Of a stretch of DNA of 64,000 nt, positions 1 to 14,374 are shown one piece after another. Location of the stretch: the NCBI RefSeq assembly GCF_009914755.1, contig NC_060934.1; one strand, given 5' to 3'. The first letter of the stretch is position 1. Each line of letters opens with the position of its first letter. The notes below the pieces were generated by a model. The model was not told the origin of the DNA, searched no databases, and was given only the letters and a program-made list of their open reading frames with translations. This DNA comes from the human T2T-CHM13v2.0 reference genome, Homo sapiens. Both the position numbers and the translations under genes were made by a program.

Positions 1-757
1 ATTCGATAGGAATTGCATTGAATCTGAATATTCCTTTGGGTAGTTTGGTCATTTTAACAATATTTGACTTTTTAATCCATGGGCATGGGATGTTTTTTCT
101 ATTTGTTTGTGTCATCTGTGATTTTTTTCATCAGTGTTTTGTAGTTCTTTTTGTTAGAGATCTTTTACCTTCTTGGTTAAATGTATTTCTAGGTATTTTA
201 CTTTTTTATAGCTATTGTAAATGGGATTGACTTTTGTATTTTGTTCTGAGTTTGATTATTTTTGGTGTATAGAAATGCTACTGATTTTTGTAGGTTGAAT
301 TTTTATTCTGAACTTTACTGAAGTCAGTTATCAAATCTAGGAGTCTTTTGGAGGAGTCGTTAAAGTTTTCTAGGTATCAGATCATATCATCAGAAAACAG
401 AGATAATTTGACTTCCTCTTTCCCAATTTGGATGCCTTTTATTTATTTCTTTTGCCTGATTACTCTAGCTAGGACTTCCAGTACTAGAATAGGAGTGGTG
501 AAAGTGGCATCCTTGTTTAGTCCCAGTTCTTAGGGGGAATGCTTTCAATTTCTCCTCATTCAGTATGATGATGGCTGTAAGTTTGTTGTATATGTCTTTT
601 ATTATTTTGAGGTATGTTCCTTCTATTTCTAGTTTGTTGAGGGTTTTAATCATGAAGAGATGCTGAATTTTATTGACTGTTTTTTTTCTACGTCTATTGA
701 GATAATCATATGGCTTTTGTTTTTATTTGTGCTTATGTGGTGAATCACATTTATTGA

Positions 758-1294
<537 letters not shown>

Positions 1295-2455
1295 TGATAT
1301 TGGCTTTATAGAATGAGTTAGGGAGGAGTCCTTCCTCCTCAATTTTTTGGAATACTTTCACTACGATTGGTGCCAGTTCCTAGAATGTGTGGTAGAATTC
1401 TGCTGTGAATCTGTCTGGTCGTGGGCATTTTTTGTGATTGTTAGGAGATTTTTTACTACTGATTCAATCTCACTACTTGTTATTGGTTTATTCAGGGTTT
1501 CTATTTTTTCCTGGTTCAATTTTGGGGGTTATATATTTATCGATTTCCTATAGGTTTTCTAATTTGTATGCATAGAAATGCCCATAGTAGTCTTTTATGA
1601 GCTTTTGTATTTCTGTGGTTTCAATTGTAATGTGTTCTTTATCACTTCTGATTGTGCTTATTTGACTTTTCTCTCTTTTTTCTTGTTTAGCTAGCAGTTT
1701 ATCAATTTTGTTTATCTTTTCAAAAAAACGACTTTTTGTTTTATCGATACTTTGTGTTGTTTTTTGATTTTAATTTTATTTCGTTCTGCTCTGATCTTTG
1801 TTATGTATTTTCTTCTGCTAGCTTTGGGTTTGGTTTGTTCTTGTTTTTGTAGTTTCTTGATGCGTGACCTTAGACTGTTAATTTTTGATCTATCTTTTGA
1901 ATATAGGCATTTAATGCCATAAACTTTCCTCTTAGCACCACGTTTGCTGTATTCTAGAGGTTTTGGTTTGTTGTGTCACTGTTTTCATTTGTTTCAAAAA
2001 ATTTTTTAATTCTTGCCTTAATTTTGTCATTGATCCAAAGATCATTCAGAAGCAAGTTGTTTCATTTCCACATACTTGTATAATTTTGAGAGTTCCTCTT
2101 GGTATCGACTTATAGTTTTATTCTACTGTGGTCCAATAAAATACTTGGTATGAATTTGAGTTTTTAAAACTTATTGAGACTTGTTTTATGGCCTAAAATG
2201 TCTATTTTGGAGAATATTCCATGCGTAGATGAGAAGAATGTATATTCTGTGGTTGTTGGGTAGAATGTTCTGTAAATATCTGTTAGGTTGATTTGATCTA
2301 GAGTTCAATTTAAGTTCAAAGTTTCTTTGTTGATTTTCTGCCTCCATGTCATTGTTATTTTTCATTATTTATAGGTAATATCTGTTTCTAATGTTATTTT
2401 CATTTTCTTTTTAAAAAGTCTTATGTTTGTGTATCTTAAGAATATACATAATATA

Positions 2456-2780
<325 letters not shown>

Positions 2781-3719
2781 CTATAAATTTAAATATCCAA
2801 TAAAGTGCTTAAAAAGTGTTAAAACAAATTGCTTTATCAGAGGACAGAAACATTACTGTAATATTTTTCTCACACATATTATTTGTTTAGTTAGTCCTAC
2901 TATTAATTAATGTTAATTGCCACTGTTAACAACCTATTTTTATTTAAATAATAAAATGCATGTAGCTGAAAGGTAAATACTATAGAATAATAAATAATTT
3001 CAAATAAAACCTTATTTTTAACATTTTTGTGTTAAAATACTAATGTATGTATGTATTAGTAATTAATTATTGTAAATTTTTATCTTTGCTTTTTTTTTTT
3101 TTTTTTTGGCTTGGAATGGCTTGTACCCTAGGTTACTCTAATGGCCACCAGGGTACTTTTCCCAAGCCCGTAATGTTTTAAGACAAGCAAGCAAATCTAA
3201 TTCTCATTAATTGCCTCTTACCTGGTATAAGTAACCTCTCACATTGGACACTGACTGTAAAAGGAGTTACTATTACATTATCCTTATCAATTATCTGTGA
3301 CAGTGGAGCCAGTAATTCTCAAAACATTTGTACGTCATTTAGGACTCTTTTTAAAGTAAATTACATTTACTTTAAAATGTAATTTATTTGATATTTGGTA
3401 TCTTCAATTTTTTGTTGGTGCTAATTGAAAAAAGGAGAATTGACAATAGTCCATATATATCACCAATACCTGTACATATCTGGTAATTGGCTGGGGACTG
3501 AAACTTCTTTTAAATCCAGTAGTTAGAAAATGATGCTTATATTTTCATAATTGTGCCCTGTATTTACCATCTCGCAATAATCCATAAGAGTTTTCTGGTA
3601 TTCCAAGCCCTTGTGGAGTGTCCCTTTCTTATCACTAACTACCCTCTCCTCACATGGAAGTAGACATATACCCTCATATCCGGTAAGCATCTCCGTGCTT
3701 ACAAAAGAATATCCCACTC

Positions 3720-3990
3720 CTCTAGCTCTTTGGCTCCTTTCTTATTCCTACCTATACTTCAAAGCCCCTTGAAAATGCCCTCCACTTTACAAAACTTTCT
3801 TCAGACCATTTTTCTAACCTACACTCCTGTGTACCACATGCCTTACTACTCAGCTACCATCTTGTATTGTCCTGTGAAGTCTCATCTGTTCTCTTCTTGG
3901 ATGGATTGAGAAGTAGAGATCATGGCTTATTCTTCCCTTGTATCCACCCAGAATACTAGAACAAGGCTAGGCAGGTTGTAATTGTTCAAA
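3720..3990 (+). mobile_element. Degenerate L2 3' fragment
   Basis: L2-like 3' motif (...GAGAAGTAGAGATCATGGCTTATTC...TTGTATCC...CTAGAACAAGGCTAGGCA). Confidence 0.5.
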
Positions 3991-5485
3991 AAAGACCATC
4001 AATTGGTTTTTATAAATGATGAGTCCTGCAACACATGACATGGAAGTAGGCAAATAATAATATATCTTCTCATAGAAACGTTGTCCATCATGTTTAACAG
4101 CACGTGAAAGCACATTGTTGCAATGGAAAAATAAGTGAAGACAGGAAAAAATGACCATAGTAACCCTGACTCCTGGGCTAAGATTTTAGTTAATACCGTA
4201 CTACTTCTGGGTAGAGACTCTAGATTATTTAAAACACATAGACACACTCACATGCACACATTCTTACGCACATGTACACACACAAGCACACAAAGAATGG
4301 GGGTTTGGCCTTGACATACTTTTAGAATTTGATACCAGTACTTTTTAACAGCATGGTCTAAAGTTGGAAAAATAGGAATTCAGTGTCTAGTTGAGTTATG
4401 AGTTGAGAATGAATTTCACAACAAACCTCGATGATTTTCCACCAACAACACCAACCCAAAGACAATCACTTGGTGGCCATCGTATTGCAAAAGAAGCAGA
4501 GCACAGACATGCTGTCTGTTTCACTTAAATTTATGAGAACCTGCTGAAAGGGAATGTAGAAAGTAAACGACCCATGGTAAAGCATTGTGAATGAAGGGAG
4601 AGGTGCTGTGGTTAGCTGGGTTGCTCAATTCCTCAGATTCTCAAAGCCAGGAGAAAATTTATCCTCTTCCACTGAGACATAAACTAAACTCCTTTTGGCC
4701 ATTAATCTGCAAAGTTGATGCCTGCCATGGTAATTCATCAGACATTTTTGTGGGGTGAGTCTGGTGGGGCCTCTGGGGCATCTGCCTTTGAAATTCAAAG
4801 AACAGCTTTGTCCCCTGGGGACAGAGTGACTTTCTTCCCTCATTGCACATCTGGAAGGGGAGTTTCTGCTCCCACTCTCCCCCAAGCCAAGGCAGGGCCT
4901 GAAAGAGCTGCCATCTTCATGAAGCATGTACTTGTACCTCACTTTTCTGATCACTCTACCCAGACTGTCAGACGAAGAGAAGGAAGAGAAATACAGCCAG
5001 CACACTGTTTGTAAGTGCCTTTTTCCCATTACAGTTCAGCACAGAGAAAGGACAATTACTGTTTTTAGTGGGTTTTATAGGAGCCACAGTCACTGCACTA
5101 ACCATTGTGAAAAATGAGCAGAATTCTCAAGCTACATGTCTCAATCATCTGCACATAAATTGGGCAATGGTTTTGGAATCTTGGGGTCTAATCTGAATTT
5201 ACAAGTGTGTCTCCAGGCCCAGTGACAAATACATGATCTGAAGACAGCGGGCATTACTATGAAGAACATAGCCTTGGGTGCTGGGCTCATCTTTTGCCCC
5301 TTCAGTAACAGGCACCTGCCAATGCCTTGGTCTCTTAGCTGGAGGTTTCTCCTGAACCTTCCAGTCCTTAAGTGAACTGGCCGTGTTTTCTCTACAGGCT
5401 CCTGGTCCTCTGTCCTCCAGCTCTGCACCACACTCCAGACACAGTGGTTACCTTTCAGTTTTTTGAGTACACCAATGTCTTTTCT

Positions 5486-5793
<308 letters not shown>

Positions 5794-6023
5794 CACCAAT
5801 GTCTTTTCTACATAGAACTATCCACCCTGACTAGAAGGCCCTGCCGTACAATCTTTGTGATATTGGCTTCTTTTGACATTGAGGTTTCAGCTTGAATGTC
5901 ATCTCCTCAGAGAGGTCTTCTGAGACCACTCAGTTTAAAGGAGCCACAACCAGCTACCCACCAGTCACTTTCCATCATTTGTCAGTGTGTCACTTTCCTT
6001 GTGACATTTACTGATACCTGCCA

Positions 6024-6105
6024 TTTTTTTTTCTCTCTCTCTTCTCTTTCTCTCTCCAGCCCTCTTTCTCTCTCTCTCCCCCTTTCCATCCCACTTCTAC
6101 CTCTA
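6024..6105. repeat. CT-rich polypyrimidine tract
   Basis: Imperfect (CT)n/(CTT)n run within the L2. Confidence 0.8.
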
Positions 6106-6869
6106 TGAAATAGTAAACTCCCAAAGAGCATGGTCCTTAATCTGTCCTGTTCACTGTGCTATGTCCATAGGATGTGTTCAGTCATTCTTGCTGAATGAAT
6201 GGTTTCCCTGTTCTTTGGGTGTTTGACTGAGGGTAGCATGACATTTACAGTAAAGTTTATGTCATTTTTCATATTAAAAAACATGCTTGGATCAACATCT
6301 TTTAGGTAGAATTCACTCTTATACATTTATCTATTAACCAATGTATTCATTTATTCATTCAATTGATATTTGTTATCTACTATATGCCAGATACCTTGGC
6401 GAGATGTTACAGATGTCAGAGAAGTTTCGGCCAGGGAAATGATATAAAGAAATGGAGAGAGACACATGTGAAAACAAAATTTCATATTTTATACCGAATG
6501 TTATATCCAGACCTGTCTGTCTAATATCCAATTTTCTTTTTCTAGCTAAACTGCTATCTTTCTGCTCCAACTGTCTGCTCTCCAGTAAGGCTCTTTCTTC
6601 ATTACCCCACAATTGGACCTCATCTTCACTTATGTTATTACTTTATTCTAGACTGTCTTCTCTCTGCTGTTTTCTTTGAGGCCAGTTCAGGACTTTCCGT
6701 CCCAGGAAGGTTTCCACAACTCTGTGAGCTCCCATTTGTCCCCTGAGCTGTTCTCTTTAGTACGTAAAGTCTAGACCCTTCAAAAATTTAGAGCTTTGTA
6801 CTGATGATGATTTTGCTTGGATTTGTATTTCTTCCACATGTGTTAATATTGAAAACCCAACTCAATTCT

Positions 6870-6980
6870 ATCTTCTTTGAGAAAGCAGCCATGTTTTATA
6901 ATTCTTCTAGGTCTCTGCCAATATCACAGGTAGTATAGGGAACATAATAGCAGTCAATAAATTCTTACTGATTGATTGGT
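6870..6980 (+). mobile_element. L2 3'-end fragment
   Basis: ...ACATAATAGCAGTCAATAAATTCTTACTGATTGATTG terminal motif. Confidence 0.5.
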
Positions 6981-7879
6981 GTCGAAATTGGGTTGTCAGT
7001 TCCAGACGGCATGCTGAATGAGAGCAGGTCTGGGAAAAGCCTCTTCAGCATTCAGCCTCCCTGTAGATCAAGTACAGGCAAAGCTTATGGCAAAAGGTGG
7101 TGAAAGGCAAAATTCCAATAGCAAGAGTATTATTAATCTACTTAAGGCATTAAGTGTTGTCCAGTATTAGATTGGACCGGAAATCCTGGTTTTCAACTCT
7201 TTCCCATTTGAATGCCCAAGAGGCTGTCAGTGAGTGAGAGGAAATACGGAATTGGCTTTCAGTTGCCCGAGGAGAGGAGCTTAAATTCCTAGATTTATGG
7301 CTCTACTTTACCTGAAACTTTTATTTTGCTTTTACTTTTATGTACCAATCGAGTGTACTCTATTTCTGTTGGTGCTTCCTAAACAGTCTAAGGGAGCTCT
7401 AAAAATAAGTACCAACCAATTTATACAGTAATGTTCATAGCGTTGTTTACAGAATGCCTCATCACAGGTCGGTATCCTGGGAGACCCCAAAAGGTATGAT
7501 ACTTTCAGAGAGGGGCCTTAGTGAAGGAGGTATAGTTTGCAGTATGAATGGTCTGTCTGTGATCTCTGAACTCAATTATTCTGGTTTTTCAAAATCTAGT
7601 AGTAGTAAAAGAAGCAGGCAGAGTGTAGTAGTCTTGTGTCCCGAATCTCTTTACTAACATGCCATCTTGCTGCTTCTGTTTGGCCTGATTTTCCTCATCA
7701 TGCTCTACATTTCTGGAAGTCCTTTGGTCTTCCTTCTGTTGAAGTTTTCTAGCTCCTTCATATCCCACCTTATCCTCATTTCCTGGAGTGAACTCTTTCT
7801 TCTTTGACTCTCTATAGCACTCAGGTGCTTCTTCATTCATTTGCTGCTTATTAAAATTGCCATTTAATGTGTATGCATC

Positions 7880-7990
7880 TTGTTTTCTTAAGTTGACTTT
7901 AACCTATTGTTTGGCAGGAACTTTGTCTCATACTTCTTAATATCTCCAGAGTGCCCATAGTAAATGCTCAATAAATATTTGCTGCTAATG
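7880..7990 (+). mobile_element. L2 3'-end fragment
   Basis: GGCAGGAACTTTGTCT...CATAGTAAATGCTCAATAAATATTTGCTG. Confidence 0.6.
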
Positions 7991-8839
7991 ATATATCTTA
8001 GTTGACTCATCTTGTTTCTGGTAAATTTTACTGTAACAAGTAGCAATATAATGATATAACTTAAAAGAGGACAAAGAAAATCTAGAGGGACTTTGAACAC
8101 TTGATTAGAACTCTAAAAGGGAGAAATTCTTTCAGTGTTGGTCAGTAATATAAAAATTATTTTGAATGATTTTATCAACTTGACATATCTGGCTATTATT
8201 ACAAGTGTTTGTTTATGTGTTAATCTCTCCTAAACTTGACAAGGATAGGGTCTTCTTAAGCACAAAGTCTATATATTTTATATGTCCTTGGCTTTATTTG
8301 GATTACCAAGTGAGTAGAGAGCTGAAAAAATATTTATTAAATGCATAAATGAATGAATAACCTTCAAATCCAAAGCTAGAAATTCTGTTAAAGAAAAGAT
8401 TTAGACCCTCTATCTCTCAAAGTTGCAAGTTACTAATGCTGCTCACCCATTTTCGGTTAATACTAATAGTCTGTCTTCTACATGGGGAAGTTTGTTGGAC
8501 TAAAATGTGATAATAGGGACCATAAGTTGATGCCTTTGCATTGGCTGGTTTGGGAATAGCTGTTGAGAGGATACAATGTAGTTTCTTTTCAGTTTTATTT
8601 GTCAGCCTTGATCTTGGTGGAGGAACATGTTCTTAACACCTACAAGATAACAGGATTGTTTAAACATTACAATATCACACCCCATATTTGAGTTTTATGA
8701 AAAACTGTGAATAGGGCCAATGTCCTAATTTGTCAAAAATGTTAAACTAATATTGCAATTCTATAAAATAAATTATTGACAGATTTTATAACATAAAAAT
8801 GTGTATTTTTATATATCTGTAGCATTATAAGCAAAATTA

Positions 8840-9730
8840 AGGAAAATAAGCTAGGAGATAATATTTTAAAATATAATTAAATATTTTATTCCTTTATTAT
8901 AGGAAGAGCTTTTACGAGTTCTACTGAACAACAACAAAAAATCCAGTAGAAATGTTGGACAAAAGATGTGATTATACAAAACTAGAAATGCAAGTAAACA
9001 TAAAAAGCTCAAACTTACTTAAAAACTTAAAATGAAATATTCGTAAATAAAACTATTACTGAGGGCCTATAAAATTTTGGGTTAAAATGAAATGGTAATA
9101 CTTAATAAATGTTAGGGCACAATGATGCTATCTTTCTTACATCTTTCTTTTTAGAAGTAACTTATTTCAATGTTTCTGGAAAGCAATTTGATAATTTTTA
9201 TATTACTACAAAAATATGGTAGCTACCCTTTGGCTCAACAATTTTTTAGAACACAAAAATGCAGTCAAAGATGTATATAAAAGACTGAAAGTAATTCTTC
9301 ATAGCCTTGTTTATATGAAGGGAAACTGAAAACAGCCTAAATATTTAACAATAGGTGAAATGATTAGAAATGTGGTATATTCAGAGCAGGCATAGTGGCT
9401 CATGCCTATAACCCAGCATTTTGGGAGGCTGAGGTGGGCAAATCTCTTGAGCCCAGGAGTTTGAGACCAGCCCGGGCAATATGGCAAAACCCTGTCTCTG
9501 CAAAAACTATAAAAATTAGCTGGGCATGGTGGTGCACGTGCGTGTAATCCCAGCTACTTGGAAGGCTGAGGCAGGAGGCTAGATTGAGACCAGGAGGTAG
9601 AAGCTGCAGCGAGGTATGATCATGCCGCTGCACTCCAGCCTGGGGGACAGAATGAAACACTGTTTCAAAAAAAAAAAAAGTGGTATATTCAGATGATCAT
9701 ATATTATTTAACCCACAAAAATAAGTCTTT
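8840..9730 (+). mobile_element. Old L1M (L1ME/MC-like) ORF2 3' region interrupted by AluJ
   Basis: A-rich degenerate L1 motifs (AATCCAGTAGAAATGTTGGACAAAAGATGTGA; TTTCTGGAAAGCAATTTG; CATAGCCTTGTTTATA...AACTGAAAACAGCCTAAAT). Confidence 0.65.
9386..9679 (+). mobile_element. AluJ SINE
   Basis: CTTGAGCCCAGGAGTTTGAGACCAGCC and GCTGCAG...ATGATC J-type motifs. TSD GTGGTATATTCAGA at 9372-9385 and 9680-9693. Confidence 0.94.
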
Positions 9731-10289
9731 TTAAACTTAAATTTAAATTTTTTAAGTGAAAGCAAGATTATTAAGAAAGTAAAGGAATAAAGAATGGTTA
9801 TTCCATAGGCAGAGCACAAAAATAAGTTTTAAAAGAGTACCATGAGATTGTGCTTATAATAACAAGTGGGGAAAAGTACTAAAAGCTACATAGAGCATCT
9901 CAATTTAATGGACCCACACAAGACTTTGAAGAAGTTCACTGAAATATCAGCAGTGGTTCTCATTGCACAATAAAACAGACTGTGAGTGATTTTTTTGACT
10001 GGGTCAAACATCATTGTCCTGTCATCTTTGTGTGACTGAGAGGCTAAGTGTCAGAACACTGTAGATATAGTTAGTTTGAAGGAATTCATTCATTCTTTGA
10101 ACGAAAAATGTAGTATGTATTATGAGTCTGGTACCATGCTAGATCCTGTAACAAGGAGCTTAGAATGAAATGTGCGATACAGCTAGGTCAGTAGATATCT
10201 ATGTTCTAAGTATTATTGTATTAAGTGCTTGGATAATATAGTAATGAGGATGATAATGATGATGCCATAGAGACCACTTATGTAGATCT

Positions 10290-10803
10290 TCTAGTTTCTG
10301 TTGCTGTGTAACAAGTTATACCAAAAGTTTAGTAACTAAAACCACCGTTGTATTCAGCTCATGGTTTCTGTGGGTCAGGGATTCAGAAAGCATAAGGTAA
10401 TAGCTTTTTCTCTACATCACAATGTCTTCACCCTCAGCTGGGAAGACATGAATGCTAGGGCTGACTTGACTGGAAATGGGAATGATCTGAAGACTCATGT
10501 TCATACATTCATCTGTTTGGGCTAGGAGGACCCACAGATGAGGATTTCTAACTGAAATGCCTACATACTCCTTGTGGCCTGGCTTGCTTGTGGTTTGGCA
10601 GCCTCAGGGTAGTTGGATTTACATGAAAGTGCAAGGTTTCATGCCCATGCATTCTAGTCAGCAAAGCAGAAGCTGCATCAGAAGTTTTTCTGACTTATTC
10701 TTGGAAGTCACACGTACACACTGATTCAAGGGAAGGGGACACGGATACCACCTTCTGGTGGGAGGATAGTCATGTTGAAGATCAAATGGAATTGGAGATA
10801 TTG
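10290..10803 (-). mobile_element. MaLR solo LTR (MLT1F/G/H-like)
   Basis: TTGCTGTGTAACAAGTTATACCAAAA...GCTCATGGTTTCTGTGGGTCAGG...GCAGAAGCTGCA...TTGGAAGTCACA...GATTCAAGGGAAGGGGAC. Confidence 0.8.
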
Positions 10804-10809
10804 TATGTG

Positions 10810-11025
10810 ACTTCATTATGTGCTAGACATTATTCATACTGCTTTCTAGCAAGTAGTTCATTTAATCCTCACTACAATTCATGAGGTAAGTAGTATTAGC
10901 ATTGCCTCCTTTAAACAAGAATCTGAAGTCATGGAGCTAAGTAGCTTGCCTAAGGTCACATAATAAGTGGCAAAGCTGGACTTCAAACTCAGGCAGTCTG
11001 GCTCCAGTGTTTATGCTCTTAATCA
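10810..11025 (-). mobile_element. MIR SINE
   Basis: CATTTAATCCTCAC...ATGAGGTAAG...AAGTAGCTTGCCTAAGGTCACA...TTCAAACTCAGGCAGTCTGGCTCCAG core. Confidence 0.85.
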
Positions 11026-11517
11026 GTGGAGGTGATCAGGTTACTAGGGACATATGCAGAAGACCTGCCTAACCCTGACACAGGACAGGGAGCAGGGAGT
11101 AGATAAAGGAAGGCTCCCTTGAAGAAGTGATACCTAAACTGAGTTATGAAGGATTAACAGACCCTAGTTTGAGACTTGAAGGACTAATAAAATGGACAGT
11201 AGTTAGCTGGGCTGTGGGTAGATGGTTGGAATGGGAAAATGCCTCATGAAGGGAGAACGGCATGTAGAAAGCCCCCAGGCAAGTGAGTACGGCATATTCA
11301 GGCAATTGCAAGTTGCTCCTCAGTGCTAGAATTCAGAGCTGTGGTGGCGAGTTTCGAATGGTGAGGCTGGAGAGATTGACAGGAATAAAATTAGAAGGGC
11401 CCAAGCAATCCAATGATTGCTTGATCACCATACTGAGAGATCACCAGGATGGTGATGTTACTGAATTGACTCTTCTGTTTTCCTCCTAGCAATTAGCCAT
11501 GTATTTATTAGCATTTG

Positions 11518-12366
11518 CCTTTTTTATTGTAGTAAAATATATAAAACTTAAAATTCACCATTTAAATCATTTTTAAGTGTACAGTTCAGTGGCGTTAAGT
11601 ACCTTCACATTGTGGTACCACGATGACCACCATCCATCTCCAGAATCTTTTCATCCTGCAAAACTGAAACTCCATACTCATTAAACACTAACTTCCCATT
11701 CACTCCTCCCCTCTAGAATCCACCATTCTACTTTCTATATCTGTGAACTTCACTACTCTAAGTACCTCATATAAATGAAATTAATATTATGTGGACTTTT
11801 GTGCTTACTTATTTCGCTTAGCATAATGTCCTCAAAATTCATCCATGCAGCAGCATGTGTCAAAATTTCCTTTCTTTTTTAGGCTGAATAATATCCAATT
11901 GTATCTATATGCCACATTTTGTTTATTCATTCATCTTGTTGATGGTCATTTGGGCTGCTTCTGCCTTTTATCTATTATGAATAGCTCTGTACATGGATGT
12001 ACAAATGCTTCTTAAGACCTATAGATAAATCTTTGAGACCTTGTTTCCGATTCTTCTGAGTATATATACAGATTTAAAATGGCCAGATTATGTAGTAATT
12101 TTATTTTTAATTTCTTAAAGAGTTACCATACTGTTTTCCATAGCAGCTGTACCATTTTACAATCCTACCAACAATGCACATGATTCCAATTATTCCACAG
12201 GCTCATCAACATTTATTATTTTCTGATTTTTGCTTGTTTGCTCGCTTTTAAAAATAGCTATCCTAATGGATATAAGGTGGTATCTCATTGTGGTTTTGAT
12301 TTGCCTTTCCCCATCTTTTCATGTGCTCATTAGCCATTTGTATACTTTCTTTGGGGCAATGTCTAA
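11518..12366 (-). mobile_element. L1MB-type 3' end, 5'-truncated
   Basis: AAAATTCACCATTTAAATCATTTTTAAGTGTACAGTTCAGTGG 3'UTR start, then ORF2-end GTGGTATCTCATTGTGGTTTTGATTTGC. Candidate TSD GAATTGACT at 11463-11471 and 12367-12375. Confidence 0.88.
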
Positions 12367-14374
12367 GAATTGACTTTTTAGAATGATCCCTCTGGGGAGA
12401 AGTAAAAGGGTAGAAGGAGGGTCAGAATGGAGGCAGGGAGATCAGGTAGGAAGTTGCACTAAACTAGCCAAGATGTGATAAGGCTTCCATGATGCAACTA
12501 ATGAAATTGTATGGGGCAGTGGTGGTGGTAGATAGCATTGAAAGATTGTTTTGCAAATTAAGCAGAACAAAAAAAAAAAAAACAAGAAAACTCAATGTTA
12601 AGTGGATGATGGCACCATGACTGGTATTCAGTCAGTATGTACCTGTGTAGCCATTCTGGCTGAAATACTTCCATGGCAGCTCCCCCAAGAGTGCCCCTTC
12701 ATTGCCCCTCCCATCCAGGTCTTCAAAATCCTTAAACTGCCTGTATGCCCCCATAATTCCCTAAATAATAATGAATGCTGGGTACAGTAGGGGGTAGGGG
12801 AACCTTGGACTCTGCTCCAGCTCAGTAGCCAGGGTCCATTCAGATTTGTCAGCCCCCTTCCCCTCTGATTTACTCCTGGATAGCAGTACCATTTCTTGAC
12901 ACATGTACTGATGTGGAAAAGATTTTTGGAAGGTATGAAGGGAGTTCACCAAAGGTGATAAGTTTTATTTGGGGCCTGTTTGTGTATTCACGTGGAGAGA
13001 GTTAGCATTCTTGGTTCTAGAGAAAAAGATTTAGGAATTTTCAACATATGATAGTCATAGAACCCAAGAACTTACCATCCAATGGAAATATTTTCCCTCT
13101 GCAGTGACACCATTCTTTCATAAAATTATTCACAATTTAGCAACTATGAACAGGAATAAAACCTCTAACCAATATTCCAAAGAGGTCAGCTGTGCCTAAA
13201 ATGCATGTTGGCAGAATGTAGTCACATTCCCAGATTTTAGGAAGCCAGGAATCCAGGAAGGAGTCTTCCTCTTTCTGTATAGCAACTTAAGCTTATTTGA
13301 AGGTGGTTGTTCACTCCCTCCTGGAGTGCCCTTAGCTGCAGACAAAGAGAGTGGGATTCGTGATGATCATTTGGCATCATGTCCCTGACAGATAGCCTAC
13401 AATGTTACCAGAAGCTGATGAGGCTTATTTTGGTTTTGTTTCGTTTTGTGGAAAACCAGAAGGGATCTCAGTGTTGCTGCCTGCAGGATAAGTAAAGATA
13501 TCCTACTATGTATTTTATTGGCAATCCTGATAGCATTTTCTCCATTGGTGGTTTATGTGTAATAGAGACCAAACTGCAATTTTCTGACCTGCCAAGATCC
13601 ATTATGTCTGGTAAATATAGTTTATGCTTGACAGAATACACACTTAGGGTGGAAAGCCATGCAAATTAAACTAAGGTTTAGGCTAATTTTTGGTAGTGAA
13701 AATTATTCTCCCTTGGTGACCTTATTCAGCATGAAATAAAACAACCAGAAAGCTATTCATGCAGTCCACTCTTTCTTTAATCAAAATAATGAAAGCTTTG
13801 GATAGCCCAGCTCCTGATTCTCATAGCTCTTGTCTTTCATGGAGCCTAATCTTTTATGGTCATAAGAAGCTTTTTTGCATGAATAGGTTAGAGATTAGGT
13901 AGTAAAATGCCTTATTTAAGGTAACTGTTCTTAGTCTACTTTGAAGTCTATGCAAATTATATCTGTCTATGGATTTATGGAGACTGTATCACCACAGAGT
14001 CTTGATCTGTTAACATAAATGATATTTTAAAAATATTTACCCATTGTCTGGGCTACCAAACTTTAGTCTTATGTTGGAATAGTGTCTGATTGCTGACAAG
14101 CTGAGCAGTAGTTTTGACAGAGCTAAATAAGGAGAAAAGCCAAGCTTTAATAATGTTGACCATAAGTTAGGAATAATCTCATTGATTGCTTAGTACAGCT
14201 AATTCTATTTTCTGATGATAATTTGCATTAATATATTCAGTTTATGTAGCTTAGTCTCCAATATTATCTCGGTAATCCCATCTTCATTCACAGTGGAACA
14301 GAAAAGACAGAGTTGGAAGGCTTGTAGGTCAACGTAACAAACTTGTTCTATCTGCTGGCTCTCAGATTCTTTTC

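Larger units (their letters stand above)
10075..12560 (-). mobile_element. Fragmented L2 hosting nested MIR, MaLR LTR and L1 insertions
   Basis: Antisense L2 tail ATTCATTCATTC at ~10084. L2 body resumes at 11030-11470 (GGAAGGCTCCCTTGAAGAAGTGA) and 12367-12560 (TTTTAGAATGATCCCTCTGG...GGAGGCAGGGAGA). Confidence 0.65.

Noticed and set aside
3090-3107. Orphan T18 run as the tail of a processed pseudogene
   Set aside because: I found no TSD, no nearby poly(A) signal and no recognisable adjacent transcript sequence.
4625-5029. 134-aa - strand ORF overlapped by + strand ORFs
   Set aside because: No recognisable domain. Length is within chance expectation for 64 kb.
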